Below, one piece after another: positions 51,701 through 62,752 of a stretch of 64,000 bases of DNA. The translations under genes were made by a program, and so were the position numbers. A model generated the notes under the pieces. It ran no database searches, was not told the origin of the DNA, and worked only from the letters and a program-made list of their open reading frames with translations. Position 1 is the first letter of the stretch. Every line of letters begins with the position of its first letter. Source of the stretch: Bugula neritina (Eukaryota > Animalia > Bryozoa); the NCBI GenBank assembly GCA_964035545.1, contig OZ037766.1, positions 4,888,722-4,952,721 of the forward strand, given 5' to 3'.

Positions 51701-53765
51701 GGATCCAACCCAGAACCTTCCGGCTTGCAAGCTGGTGTGCTAACCATTACACCACAAGAACGACGGGATTCCCAACGCTTCCACTGTACTTTTCCATTTG
51801 CAGGCTGTGGTATGCTCTGGTGTGAAGAGATATGTCCATAGTGTAATAAAATGTACTGCACTGCAGTTTTCTTGTGGCAGTCTGGTTGTCAATGCTGTCG
51901 TAGAGATAGCCTCTGTTCCAACATCTCCAACTACAACTGATCAGTTTAGCCAACAGCTAAATGCAATAGTTATGGATCACACACTCAGTAAGTTGTGAAA
52001 GAGTAAGGGTATTTAGTAAATGAGAAACGTGACGTGATGACATGATGGAAAATTTTTTATAAAAATTAAACTGAAATCCTGCCACTAAAGAAACTAATGT
52101 ATGAATAACAAACAAAAATGGCAGCTCCTATAAGCGACTTACTAGTCGTTACATAGAAATATAAATCACAGGAAGTGCAGCTTTGTAAGGAGTTATGTGA
52201 AAACTCAGCTAACTCTGTTACACTATTTCCTGTTATTGGTAACATTGCAAAAAATTTTTTACCACAAAACTGGTCAGAAAAGCTTAGCGAAAGTACCATG
52301 GCAACTGAACGAGGTTTTGTAAGGCAGATTTTAAGTGAATAAAACAAGTATAATTTTCTTTTAGACTTTTTGTTTATAAACGAAAATATTGTATTTTTAT
52401 TAGACAACATAAAGCTTCAATTTTGCCATGCATATTTGCACAATAATGCAATATGTTTTGAAAACAGTAACATCCAGTTAATTGTACACTGCCCAAGTTA
52501 TTAAACCTGCAGATTTCATGTCTTACTTTTATTTTTCCTATTGTGCTTAGCATTGACTCTTCGTTTACTTAGTCTTACAATCTTAGTATGATATTTTATG
52601 TAGAACCATGTCTTTACACCCTTTGTTGATTGTTTTTAAAAGAATAATAACTTTTTTTTCTAAAGGCATATATAAATATTATATAACATTTTTGTAGAAC
52701 TTTGTTATTTTCTAGTGTTATGCTAGTCACAGTAGCATATTGTATAATTTAAGTATTACTTTCTACCCACAGATGTAACAGATTTTCCAGCTGTTTATGA
52801 TATAAATGAGTGCAGCGTGGATGAGCTGAACATCTGCAGCCCAAATGCTCTTTGCACCAACACTGATGGGTCTTATTTCTGCACATGCAGTGAGGGTAAG
52901 CAATGAGTAATGCATAAAATATGTTTCTGTGAATAAGCAAGATTTGCACTTTTACCTAATATACTTCTGTGCTCTATCTATTTACTTATAGTTTTGATGT
53001 TTATCTAGTCTAAATAACTAATATAATTGTAATATTGTATGCTAGTTTGTGTACTTAAGGATTTGTCTTCTCACTATCAACTTGTTCTATTATTCGTTTA
53101 CACAACACATTAACCAAAACAAATTTAAACTTATTTTTTGAAAACAAGTAAAATTTAAAACTTTGATGATATATAGTACTGTAACAATTCCATTAAAATT
53201 TGATTTTCTTTAGCAAATTCAAATTTTTTGTTAAATTAAATAAGGGCTTTTTATTTTTGTTTGTTTATGCATACATAAAAGTTAAGAATCAGGTACTTCA
53301 CATGGATAGGTCACCCGATGATATTCTCTAATTATTATATTCTAGAGTATTCCAGTGACCTGTCACCTTACAATACGTCTGCTGGAAGAGTTTGCGCTGT
53401 AGCCTGTGAACCTAACTACTGCTCACCATCTCACTTTTGTGAGGAAAGGCCAGAGACCAGCCCTCACTGTATATGCATTGGTGTGTCAAAAAGCTATAAT
53501 GTTTCAAACATTTCATGTCATAGTTGGTAAAGAGATTTATAAATTAAGTTAGGATATACCATTTATCAAGTATATATGGTATATTTACCTGCAGTTAATG
53601 CATTTAACTGTCATTATTTTGTTATTTTTAGATGGAATTGTCTGCCCTTTATGGATCCTGATTCTTTCTGTAGTTGCCTTCTCATTAATACTGTCCATCA
53701 TACTGGCCATTATATTATGTATGAGCAAACGCCGGACACATCACATTCTTTTCCAGCACGAATAA
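44215..53765 (+). CDS. Type I membrane M12B (ADAM/ADAMTS-like) zinc metalloprotease with Cys repeats, S/T stalk, SEA and EGF domains
   Basis: Exons 44215-44284 (signal peptide), 44569-44783, 45217-45297, 46132-46276, 46467-46608 (RVRR furin site, VELYVVVD), 46778-46862, 47193-47270, 47630-47772, 48176-48322, 48713-48877 (HELAHNLGANHD across the splice; Met-turn VMAP), 49462-49609, 50101-50214, 50419-50470, 50580-51138, 51235-51283, 51804-51987 ([11 protein letters not shown]-like), 52773-52895 ([13 protein letters not shown], calcium-binding EGF), 53346-53480, 53632-53765 (TM, short tail, TAA). All phases are consistent. Confidence 0.88.
44360..44520. repeat. (CACATA/CATATA)n microsatellite
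   Basis: Directly visible hexamer array in an intron. Confidence 0.95.
45727..45755. repeat. (TA)n microsatellite
   Basis: Directly visible. Confidence 0.95.
47491..47583. repeat. 26-bp tandem repeat (3.5 copies) with a palindromic core TGTCACATGTGACA
   Basis: CTTTGTCACA recurs at 47491, 47517, 47543 and 47569. Confidence 0.9.
51690..51761 (-). pseudogene. tRNA-like sequence (tRNA pseudogene or SINE head)
   Basis: GTTCTTGTGGTGTAATGGTTAGCAC (A box, D arm) ... CTGGGTTGGATCCCAG (T arm with a defective loop); poor acceptor stem. Confidence 0.6.
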
Positions 53766-54747
53766 AAATCTAAGCTGTTGTAAAATTAGAATAAATAAAT
53801 ACGCCATGCACTGCATGTTTGCGCTCTTATATTTTAAGACTTTTTATATACCTACCTGCTAAATCTAAACTTTAAAAATGAAAAGTAGAAAAAACAATAT
53901 GTAAATTGATCTTCAATTTATTAAATATTAACTTAACTAACTTGCTTAGATAAACTGCTATCTATTTGATTATAATATAAGCCAGATTTTGAAAAACTGT
54001 ACATGACGAGGGTTATTTACTGATGATTGATACAAGACATGCCTAACTAGATATAAGGCTAGATCTATTTAGAAATTTATATAGTTTTTAGTAGTGCTTC
54101 TATAGTTCCAAAAATATATCATATTTTTATTCTTAATTTAATTTTAGCTAAAATATTAGTCAATTGTTTTTTAAATCATATTTTTGTGTGCATTTCCAAC
54201 TCATTATTTTATACAAATGAATCTAAAGTTTTATATAAAAGAAAGCTGTATTTGCATCTAGTAAAACAAAGTTGTACAATCATGAAGTATGTTTTGTTTC
54301 AATAATATAATAAACTGATTTCAAACTAGATGTCATATTTTCATCAAAGGATTATTATTAAATGATCGTTATTGAAACAGCTACTCTGTTGTGTGGTTTA
54401 GGTCACTTTAATTTCTCCTGTTAAGCTTGCAGTTCTGATTTTTCGGTACTAGTTTGTCTGTTGTGTAGTTTAGTTTGTCTGTTAACAAGCAGTGTATAAC
54501 TAAAAGCTGTAATTTTGTCACAAATTATGCAGATGCCTATATTCAGTTTTTTTGGCAATATAGCAACACACCACATCACACAATATAATATTTTAAGACA
54601 TAATATAATATAATGTTATATATAATATGATACAATATTAAACTTAACTTTCTATCTATAGGAATTAGCAGTGGAATGAGATTCATTACATAAGTTGCAT
54701 TTTTAATAAATTTGAGTTTGTTCGTCAAATAAAAAAAGAACTTGTAG

Positions 54748-55530
54748 TGTAACTGCCCTCCTAGTTTGCTATGAAAGTTCCATACGGGTGTATGTTTTAG
54801 TGTAGATAGTTTATTGATTTACACTGTTCACACCATTTACACCTTTTACACCGTGAAACTACAATTTTCACAAAACAAAATGATTAAAATATGATAGAAT
54901 AAGAGCAAATTAAACACAGAAAAGTACATAAAAGAATTTGATAAATTGCTTGTTTTATAATTATTAAAATATTCAAAGTAACAGTATAAATCAACAAAGT
55001 TATAATATATAAAAGCATACCTCTTTCACCCTTTCTAGGAGAGAGTTAGTAGTATAAAGAAAGCAACATTTTATACCGTGTGTTTGTAAAAATAGCTATA
55101 ATATTATGTGAGAGTAGATGAGAATGGAACCTTGACGCTTGAGGGTTCTTACGATAATGTCCTGGCTAAATGTATTTTAACTGTTTTTGTCGGCATGTGT
55201 AAAGCTAGTGCACTCAGTTTCTTAGTCATGGTTTTTTGAGTGCAGCCAGTGCAAAATAAAACTTGCAATGCACCGAGTGATACTAAAATGGTCTTGAAGA
55301 TAAAAAAAAACAGTGACAAACAAGTGCTAAAGAGTACACTAAGGATGGGTGATTCATCGCTGTTGGAATATGTGACAACACAAACGCAGTGTGGCAATGT
55401 CGGTAAATGCTAAATTGCTAATTGATATATATTATGACAGTTATGAACAAATTGGCAGCAGAGTGTCAGTAAGCAAACTAAATAAAACCAAATTTATGAA
55501 ATTTTACTATTTATTATAAAGGACACTACA
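54748..55530 (-). repeat. 3' LTR of the intact BEL/Pao element
   Basis: Direct repeat of 62753-63535. Confidence 0.97.
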
Positions 55531-55604
55531 CTCCCACCTAAAATTTCAGAAATTTTTCAGCAAAGTTTTACTCGTTATCCTTTAAATACATATGTATATA
55601 TTTT

Positions 55605-58600
55605 TTAGTTTTCAATTAGTGTCACCAGCTTTGAGACAGGGCGGTGTAGGTACTTTTTGGAGTTCACAGGCTGGTTTCTATTACCAATTAAAATTTTGGC
55701 TGATCGGACTCTACCGTCTTTTGATTTTATACATTCTACCACCTTTCCCATAGACCACTCATTTCTATTACCATTGTCATCCACAATAATCACTATGTTT
55801 CCGGTCTTCATTTCTCGGCCTGTTTGATTCACCCATTTCTGGCGAGATTGGAGATAGCACAAATACTCAGTGCGCCAACGCTGCCAGAAGTTATTTGCCA
55901 GATGCTGCACCGCACGCCAGCGCTTGCGGCTGTAAATATCACTGTCAGTGAATTCAGATGGAGGTGAAAGAATGATGTCTGACTTCATAGTCAGCAGGAG
56001 ATTTGGAGTGAGAGGATGATGCTCTTCAGTGACTGTAGAGAGGGGCCTCGAATTTATGATAGCCATAACCTCATACATGAGGGTTCGGAGGTTACTGGTG
56101 TCGAGTCTTCCAGCATGTTTTCTCAGAACATGTTGAAGTATGCTTCTGGCTGAACGGATCATCCTTTCCCAGACGCCACCCATGTGACTGGCTGCAGGTG
56201 GGTTTAGCTTAAACTCCAGGACACCTTTCTCAGTTAATTCAGGAATAGCGCCAATGAAGTTGGTACCCTGGTCACACCAGATTTCTCTAATGGGGCCGCG
56301 AATAGCAATTACGTTGCGAATGGCATTTATGAAGGAAGAAGTAGTCATGTCATCAAGTACCTCGATGTGGACCGCTCGACTGGCCAAGCAAGTGACCATT
56401 AGACCATAACGTTTCAGTTCAGTGCGTCTATCCTTGACTTGGAAGGGGCCAAAACAGTCGACTCCACAATAAGTGAAAGGGGGTGACTCTGTAACTCTTT
56501 CTGCAGGAAGTGAAGACATATTTGGAATGATTGGCTTACCGCGATCACGACGGCAGTCCACACAATGATAGATGAGAGAGGTAACTAGCTGTCTAGCACC
56601 TATGACCCAATAACCAGCTGATCTCATTTGAGCTAGGGTCATTCCACGACCTTGATGCTTAGCCTGGTTATGGAAGTGCTGAAGAAGAAGTTGGGTAAAA
56701 TGTCCGGCCTTGGGAAGGATGATTGGGTGTTTGTTTGAGAACTCAATGAATGCGCTATGATCGAGTCTACCTCCAACTCTCATGATACCCTTTGAATCAA
56801 GGAATGGGCTGAGATTGAAGATAGGGCTGCTTTGACTGATTTTCTTGCCATCTTTCAGGCATTGAGCTTCAGGAAGATGCTCCTGTTGTGCAGATTTGAT
56901 GATGTATGATTCAGAGGCAGATTTTATATCATAAGAAGTGCTTTTCATGTGCTTAGAGCGTGCTTTCTGAATGAATAGTCCTGTCACTTTGACAGCTGTC
57001 GTCCAGGAGGAAAAGCGATGGAGCAAATGATAAAGTGTTGGATGGGTGGAGGTATCATGGGTTGAAGTAACAAGTGACTTGACCTCTTTGTCATCATTTC
57101 TAACTTGTGGGGTTGGCTGCTCAGGGATTACTATCGGTTCATTCCAGAGAAAATCTGGTCCCGTGAACCAGTTGGATTTGTTTAGCTGATCAATGGTCAG
57201 ACCTCTTGAGGCATGGTCAGCAGGGTTCTGGTCTGTTGGTACGTAAAACCAACTTTCTGGACATGACTGGTCTCTAACCTTTTGGATTCGGTTTGTGACA
57301 TATACATGGAACTTCTTTGAGGTGTTTTTGAGATAGCCAAGTACAACTTGAGAATCAGTCCAAAATGTTTCAGTGACATCCATTCCAAGTTCTGACCTAA
57401 TAATGCCGGATACTTGTGCTGAGGTGACTGCTGCTTGCAGTTCCATGCGGGGGATTGTGATGGGTTTGATTGGAGCTACTCGACCTTTACTCATGAGCAA
57501 GGAAACATTGACTTGGTGCTTGGCATTGACCACTCTCAAGTAGCTGACTTCACCATAGCCATCTGTACTGGCATCGGAGAAATGATGAATTTCTGCTTTG
57601 GAGATATCACCGAAATCATGTGGTTTGTAGCATCTCTTGATGTGGATGTTGGAGAGATCGGACAGAGAAGATTTCCAGCTCTCCCACCGTAATAACAGTT
57701 CACCTTCTAGGGTTGCCTCCCATGAAGCTGAAATTCTACACATATCTTGGAGTATATTTTTACCCTTCAAAATGAATGGGGAGAGGAAGCCTAAAGGATC
57801 AAATATGGATGCAATGGTAGAGAGAACACCTGAACGAGTGTTAGGGTTTGACTTGATGGATGAGCTGAATGTGAAAGCATCAGATTTGAGTGACCACAGA
57901 AGACCTAGAGTTCTTTCAATGGGTTGAGAATCATCATCAGGCTCAAGAGTTTGGATGTCTTGCACATTTCTTTCAGAAGCGGGGATAGATTCGAGAACAG
58001 CAGATGAGTTAGATGAGAATTTGTGAAGACGTAAATTGCCTTCTTGGCATATGGATATGGCGTCTTGGACCACACTAATTGCAGAGTCAGTATCAGAGAA
58101 ACTCATTAAACCATCATCTACATAAAAGTTGTTTCTGATGAACGATTTAGCAAGTGTGTTTGGGTTGATGCTAGTGTCACAGAGTGACCGCAAACCGTAT
58201 GTTGTGCATGCGGGGGATGACGTTGCGCCAAAGAGATGCACTTTCATTCTGTAAGGAACTATCTCTCCCTGTTCGTCATACCAAAGAAACCTGAGGAGAT
58301 CTCTATGTTCAGGAAAAACCCGAAACTGATGGAACATTCTACCAATGTCACAGGTTACTCCTACCAGGTCTTTCCCGAATCTCATCAAAATACCTATCAA
58401 GCTATTCATTTGATCAGGACCCTGGAGCAGATAGTCATTGAGACACATCCCTCCCACCTTGGCGGCTCCATCAAAGACAATCCGAATTTTTCCAGGTTTC
58501 TTGGGATGGTAAACACCAAAGTGAGGGATGTACCATGCGCTCTCATTGTTTTTCTGGTCATCTGGAACAAGTTCTGCCTCACCTTGTGTTATGATGTCAT

Positions 58601-61600
58601 TCATAAATTTGTGATAGTGCTCAGAGAAAGTAGGATTAGTTAAATTTTTTTGAAGATTTTTGAATCGATTGAGTGCCATGTATTTAGATTTGTTCGGACC
58701 GGGTTGAGATTTTAGTGGAAGAGGCATAGTGATGTGACCTTCTACATCTTTATATGTTTGCTCTTTCATGAGTTTCAAGAAGTTGATGTCATCGATTGAC
58801 ATCTTTGAATTCTCATTTGACGGATCTGAATCAAAGTCAGAGCTTAGGATCTTAAGGATTTTGGTTTCCAGGTTGGCATCTTCATTGTGGCTGTCTGCCT
58901 GTATCTTAAATGAGATATTTTCTCTGGTTGTGGGTTGTAAGACTGCAAGGTTTACTATCGTAAGCAAATTACGGGGGTTCTTTTGAGTATTATTTTGTGT
59001 GGTATTTCCCATGAGTAGCCAACCAAGATCACTCAGCCTAGCAAATGGCACATTGTCACCAGCAGTAATTTCTTGCCGTGACATGAATACTTGTGGCAGA
59101 TTGCCACCAATGAGGAGACCGAGAGTGAGCTGGTTGCCTTCTTTGGCAGTGATGAATTCAGAAGCAAGGTGACGTAGATGGGGCCAGTCCTGTACGGACA
59201 TGGAATTAGGAATTTCATTGCGATTGAAGGGTATTTGTGACTGACTAACACAAGTTGGCAGCTTAATATACTTTTGTCTATTGTAGCCGCGGACTAACAG
59301 CCCAGTTGCAGCTTGTCTGCTGGATGTAGACCCTTGTACATCTGTGAGGGTGCTGATATTCATGTCCGTATCATGAGTAGTGGCGTTGAGTGCATGAATA
59401 GTGTCGTGAGTGATGAATGTGTGATTAGAACCAGAGTCTAATAGAGCATAGACTAGGACTTCATGGCCAGGATTTTCTATTGATGATACATACACTGGAA
59501 TGGTCCATGAGGCAAGGTTTGCTGGCCTATTTCCGGCGCAGTTACGTGCGGTGGCTTGTGTTGGATTATTTTCGTTGCCTTTATTGGAGGTTAAGTTTTG
59601 AGTGGAGGACTTATTTTCGCTGCCTCGAATTTGATTATGTGAAATTTTATTTGGTTGAGAGGTCTTATTTTCGCTGCCTCTATTGTAATACTTATGGAAC
59701 ACAGCAAGATGTTTTTGCTTACAGTCTTTTTTAGTGCACGTCGCAGGGTGGCGACATTTATCCATTTTGTGTCCCGGCTTCGCACATGAATAACAAAGGT
59801 TGTTATTGTCAAATAATTTCTCTATGTCTGAATGAGGTAATTTTTCAAGTTTGAAACAGATGCCAGTGCCATGGTTGTTCATGTTACACATCAAGCATGG
59901 GTACCTACGCATAGGTTTTGTGGTGTCATGTGATATGTTGGCTGTTGTAGCTTGATTTTCTGAAGCGAGAAATGCTGTTGCCTGCTTTTCGGACTTGCGA
60001 GTAGGTTGATTCCGCCTATAGCTGTTATCATGGTTTTTATTTGATACGACTCTTTTGGCTATGGCTTTGTTTAGACTGTTGCTTGCTACATCAGCTTCTT
60101 TAGACAAGAACCGAACAAAATCAAATATTGATGGAAACCGATCTGTTGCTGATTCTATTTCAGTTGCTATTTTGACCCAACGATTGCCTACCGATATTGG
60201 TAATTTAGCGAGAATTTTCTCGTTTTCTCTTCGATCATTAAGGCAGTTGAGTTCAGGAAGCTTGTTCATGGCGGTTTGGCAGGATTCTAGAAAATTGACT
60301 AGTTCTTCCAGTGCCTCCCCGTCATGTTCTTTGATAAGGGGCCACTGTTCCAACTGGGTCCGATATGCTTCAGTGAGTATGTGGGGTTTCCCGAATTTAT
60401 CATTTAGCTTGCGTTTTGCTTCTTTAAATGCTTCTTCAGTTCCAATTTGGAATAAATTTGCTACTACTCGTTTAGCTTTACCACCTAAATATTGTTGAAG
60501 GAGAGCTATCTTTTGGAGGGGATTGTAACTACCACTCTCAATGAGACCCTCAAATGCCACCTTCCAATCCAAATATTCGAGGGGTTCACCAAAAAATACA
60601 GTGGGCTCGGCAGGTTTTAGTTTGATTGTGTGAATAGCTTGTGCTAGTGTGTTAGCAAATGCTTGTTGATCAGAAACGGAGCTGATGTTCCATGGTGGAG
60701 TGACGTCTACAGGGCTCCTTGTAGGGTACGAAGTGGAGTCAGCTGGTGCCTGGTAGAGCTGAGGGTTGGTAATAGGATGTTTAGTCTGAGTCCTAGGTGC
60801 AGGTACTGGAGGCATGATAGAAGGTTTGACTGGATTATGGGTTTCGACATTTAAATGTTTAAAGTTAGGTGCAGGTGCTGGAAGTACAATAGAGGAAGAC
60901 TTGGCTGGATTATCGAGTTCGGCATGTGATTGTGTGAAGTTAGGCTGGGGTAGTGGATGAAAAAGTGAAATACTGCCTTCATCTTCCATAGCCTCAGAAA
61001 GAACCTGTTCTTCAGCTTCAATGGCATCAAGTTCTGCTTGAATTTTGCTTTGCTCTATAGCCATTGCCAATTGTTTGGCTTGCATTTCTAGTGCATGAGT
61101 GCTTTTTGATGACTCAAGTTTCTGTTTGAGAGCTGCAGATTTTGCTTTAGCTTCCAACTGCATAGCTTTAATTTTTGAACTAGCACGGGATGATTTGGAA
61201 GCTGAGGTGAGATGGGATCGAGATTGAATTGAAATGACTGAACCTGATGGGTTACGTGGTTTAGACAGAAAAGCAGCTGATGATGCGCCTGGTTGGTTTG
61301 ATAAAGCAGTTTTAGAACGCGTTGTATAGACATGCATCAGCTCTAAGACTTGTTGCAGACAATTTTCATTATCTGCTCCTACGCGGTCAATTTGGTTTCT
61401 GACTTTTAGATCTGGTTCAAGATCGCCACAAGCTTCGCGCAATTGTTCATAGGCCTTGATTACATTGGCCTTCTCTTCAATAAGCTGCGTCTTTAAACCT
61501 TCTAAAGTCTCAAACGATATCTCTTTATGTGAGGAAAATTCCTTACTTATGAACTGATGAAACACACTGCAGTTTTTTAGTATCTCTTTTAATTTATCTG

Positions 61601-61781
61601 CCAATAGTTTGATTTCAATACGTTTAGCATGAGTTGGATTGTCTTCATGTATCTCAACATGTCCTTGTGTGGGTTGAATTTCCTGTTCTAATGTCTCGTA
61701 ATTTTTGGCTGACGAATTTTGGTCAAACTGAAAAGTGTCACTAATTGCAGCATTTTCTGATTGAGTATTTTGTTTATACAT
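55605..61781 (-). CDS. BEL/Pao Gag-Pol polyprotein (~2058 aa from the first ATG)
   Basis: Uninterrupted ORF: Gag with three CCHC knuckles, protease LLDSGS, RT (YIPHFGV..KIRIVFD, FGATSSP, FYVDD), RNase H (HHFSDAS, IPRMELQAA, FWTDS, NPADHASRG), HHCC plus DDE integrase (GVDCFGP, CDQGTNF, GGVWERMI). Domain order PR-RT-RH-IN with Pao-type motifs. Confidence 0.97.
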   Translation of the reverse strand: MYKQNTQSENAAISDTFQFDQNSSAKNYETLEQEIQPTQGHVEIHEDNPTHAKRIEIKLLADKLKEILKNCSVFHQFISKEFSSHKEISFETLEGLKTQLIEEKANVIKAYEQLREACGDLEPDLKVRNQIDRVGADNENCLQQVLELMHVYTTRSKTALSNQPGASSAAFLSKPRNPSGSVISIQSRSHLTSASKSSRASSKIKAMQLEAKAKSAALKQKLESSKSTHALEMQAKQLAMAIEQSKIQAELDAIEAEEQVLSEAMEDEGSISLFHPLPQPNFTQSHAELDNPAKSSSIVLPAPAPNFKHLNVETHNPVKPSIMPPVPAPRTQTKHPITNPQLYQAPADSTSYPTRSPVDVTPPWNISSVSDQQAFANTLAQAIHTIKLKPAEPTVFFGEPLEYLDWKVAFEGLIESGSYNPLQKIALLQQYLGGKAKRVVANLFQIGTEEAFKEAKRKLNDKFGKPHILTEAYRTQLEQWPLIKEHDGEALEELVNFLESCQTAMNKLPELNCLNDRRENEKILAKLPISVGNRWVKIATEIESATDRFPSIFDFVRFLSKEADVASNSLNKAIAKRVVSNKNHDNSYRRNQPTRKSEKQATAFLASENQATTANISHDTTKPMRRYPCLMCNMNNHGTGICFKLEKLPHSDIEKLFDNNNLCYSCAKPGHKMDKCRHPATCTKKDCKQKHLAVFHKYYNRGSENKTSQPNKISHNQIRGSENKSSTQNLTSNKGNENNPTQATARNCAGNRPANLASWTIPVYVSSIENPGHEVLVYALLDSGSNHTFITHDTIHALNATTHDTDMNISTLTDVQGSTSSRQAATGLLVRGYNRQKYIKLPTCVSQSQIPFNRNEIPNSMSVQDWPHLRHLASEFITAKEGNQLTLGLLIGGNLPQVFMSRQEITAGDNVPFARLSDLGWLLMGNTTQNNTQKNPRNLLTIVNLAVLQPTTRENISFKIQADSHNEDANLETKILKILSSDFDSDPSNENSKMSIDDINFLKLMKEQTYKDVEGHITMPLPLKSQPGPNKSKYMALNRFKNLQKNLTNPTFSEHYHKFMNDIITQGEAELVPDDQKNNESAWYIPHFGVYHPKKPGKIRIVFDGAAKVGGMCLNDYLLQGPDQMNSLIGILMRFGKDLVGVTCDIGRMFHQFRVFPEHRDLLRFLWYDEQGEIVPYRMKVHLFGATSSPACTTYGLRSLCDTSINPNTLAKSFIRNNFYVDDGLMSFSDTDSAISVVQDAISICQEGNLRLHKFSSNSSAVLESIPASERNVQDIQTLEPDDDSQPIERTLGLLWSLKSDAFTFSSSIKSNPNTRSGVLSTIASIFDPLGFLSPFILKGKNILQDMCRISASWEATLEGELLLRWESWKSSLSDLSNIHIKRCYKPHDFGDISKAEIHHFSDASTDGYGEVSYLRVVNAKHQVNVSLLMSKGRVAPIKPITIPRMELQAAVTSAQVSGIIRSELGMDVTETFWTDSQVVLGYLKNTSKKFHVYVTNRIQKVRDQSCPESWFYVPTDQNPADHASRGLTIDQLNKSNWFTGPDFLWNEPIVIPEQPTPQVRNDDKEVKSLVTSTHDTSTHPTLYHLLHRFSSWTTAVKVTGLFIQKARSKHMKSTSYDIKSASESYIIKSAQQEHLPEAQCLKDGKKISQSSPIFNLSPFLDSKGIMRVGGRLDHSAFIEFSNKHPIILPKAGHFTQLLLQHFHNQAKHQGRGMTLAQMRSAGYWVIGARQLVTSLIYHCVDCRRDRGKPIIPNMSSLPAERVTESPPFTYCGVDCFGPFQVKDRRTELKRYGLMVTCLASRAVHIEVLDDMTTSSFINAIRNVIAIRGPIREIWCDQGTNFIGAIPELTEKGVLEFKLNPPAASHMGGVWERMIRSARSILQHVLRKHAGRLDTSNLRTLMYEVMAIINSRPLSTVTEEHHPLTPNLLLTMKSDIILSPPSEFTDSDIYSRKRWRAVQHLANNFWQRWRTEYLCYLQSRQKWVNQTGREMKTGNIVIIVDDNGNRNEWSMGKVVECIKSKDGRVRSAKILIGNRNQPVNSKKYLHRPVSKLVTLIEN

Positions 61782-62738
61782 GGTTGACAAAAAGAAATAG
61801 CAAAATGTGTGAGAATTTAGTGTTGAATATCTTGGCGTGAAAACACAACTCCTAATTAGTTTTTTGAAAATATCGAATTTCTGGTCAGTTGGCTTACTGT
61901 CACAAAGCGCACAATAAATTCAAAGATAGCACGCGTAACCACAGTAGGCAAGGAAAATCGTAGTGCGTTGACTGTTAAATTATTGCTTTGACCTAGTTAT
62001 TGCCCGGAATGTAAACGCAGCACGCTGTGTTGTCACTATTACAACAGCGATGTTACAGTAATAAAGAGATAGAACAAATGAAAATAAAGATGCTCACTAA
62101 TAGTAATTGTGATATGTGAATGAAAAGTTATAATTAGCTTGAGAGCTATGTAAAATTTGGTAGCTATGTAGTACAAGAAGTAAATTGTGGTTAACTAGGA
62201 CAATGTGTCAATTGGGTAAAAACCTTATACAGTATAGATATAATTAAACTTATCGCTCTGGAGTCTTGTTGGCTGCTGGCTCTGGCTCTTGGCTCTGGCT
62301 TTGTAGCTCTGGCTCTTGGCTGACTGGCGCTGGCTCGGTACGACTGTATAGGCTGATAGTTTGGCTATCGTTCGACTGCTGGTCAGTTTTCCCCGGAGAC
62401 TGTATGCCTGATTTGGGTGAATTGTGGGTTGAGTTGTTTAACTTGGGTTTGGTGTGCTTGTGCTTATCGTAAGTGATGAATGAGAATTTACTCTGTGCAT
62501 GAGGATAGAAGCATTTCACATTAGAGTATTACGTGCTGTTTTGGATTAAAGTTGTGGGAGCTTGATGTAAAGTGGAAAATCAAGGTTCAATCATTTGAGT
62601 GTAAGTAGGTTACAGTTTCGCTTGTCAGCAGCAAGTGGGAAGTTTTACTTGCTGTCTTAGGTTAAAGTTCCACTTCGTGAGAGCTAAGAGTCTAACACTT
62701 GTCAAAGGCAAGTGGGAAGAGTTTCACTTTAAGTTTTA

Positions 62739-62752
62739 GGTAAGAGTTTCAC
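62739..62752 (-). other. Non-tRNA primer-binding-site position, GTGAAACTCTTACC
   Basis: Abuts the 5' LTR end (TTACA) with no TGG. The decayed element has GTGAAACTCTACC at the same position (40957-40945). Confidence 0.7.

Noticed and set aside
51690-51761. Functional tRNA-Ala(TGC) gene
   Set aside because: The T-loop lacks TTC and is short; acceptor and anticodon stems are mispaired.
55149-55397. 82-aa ORF duplicated at 63154-63402
   Set aside because: Duplicated only because it lies in the LTR; non-ATG start and no recognisable motif.
57435-60854. Plus-strand ORFs inside the BEL/Pao element
   Set aside because: Antisense shadows of the long gag-pol frame.
62735-62752. PBS for a tRNA 3' end or a tRNA-Glu(TTC) half
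   Set aside because: No TGG complementary to CCA; similarity to the Glu anticodon loop is only about 6 nt (TTTCAC), weaker than the 11-nt self-complement. A search of host tRNAs is still needed.
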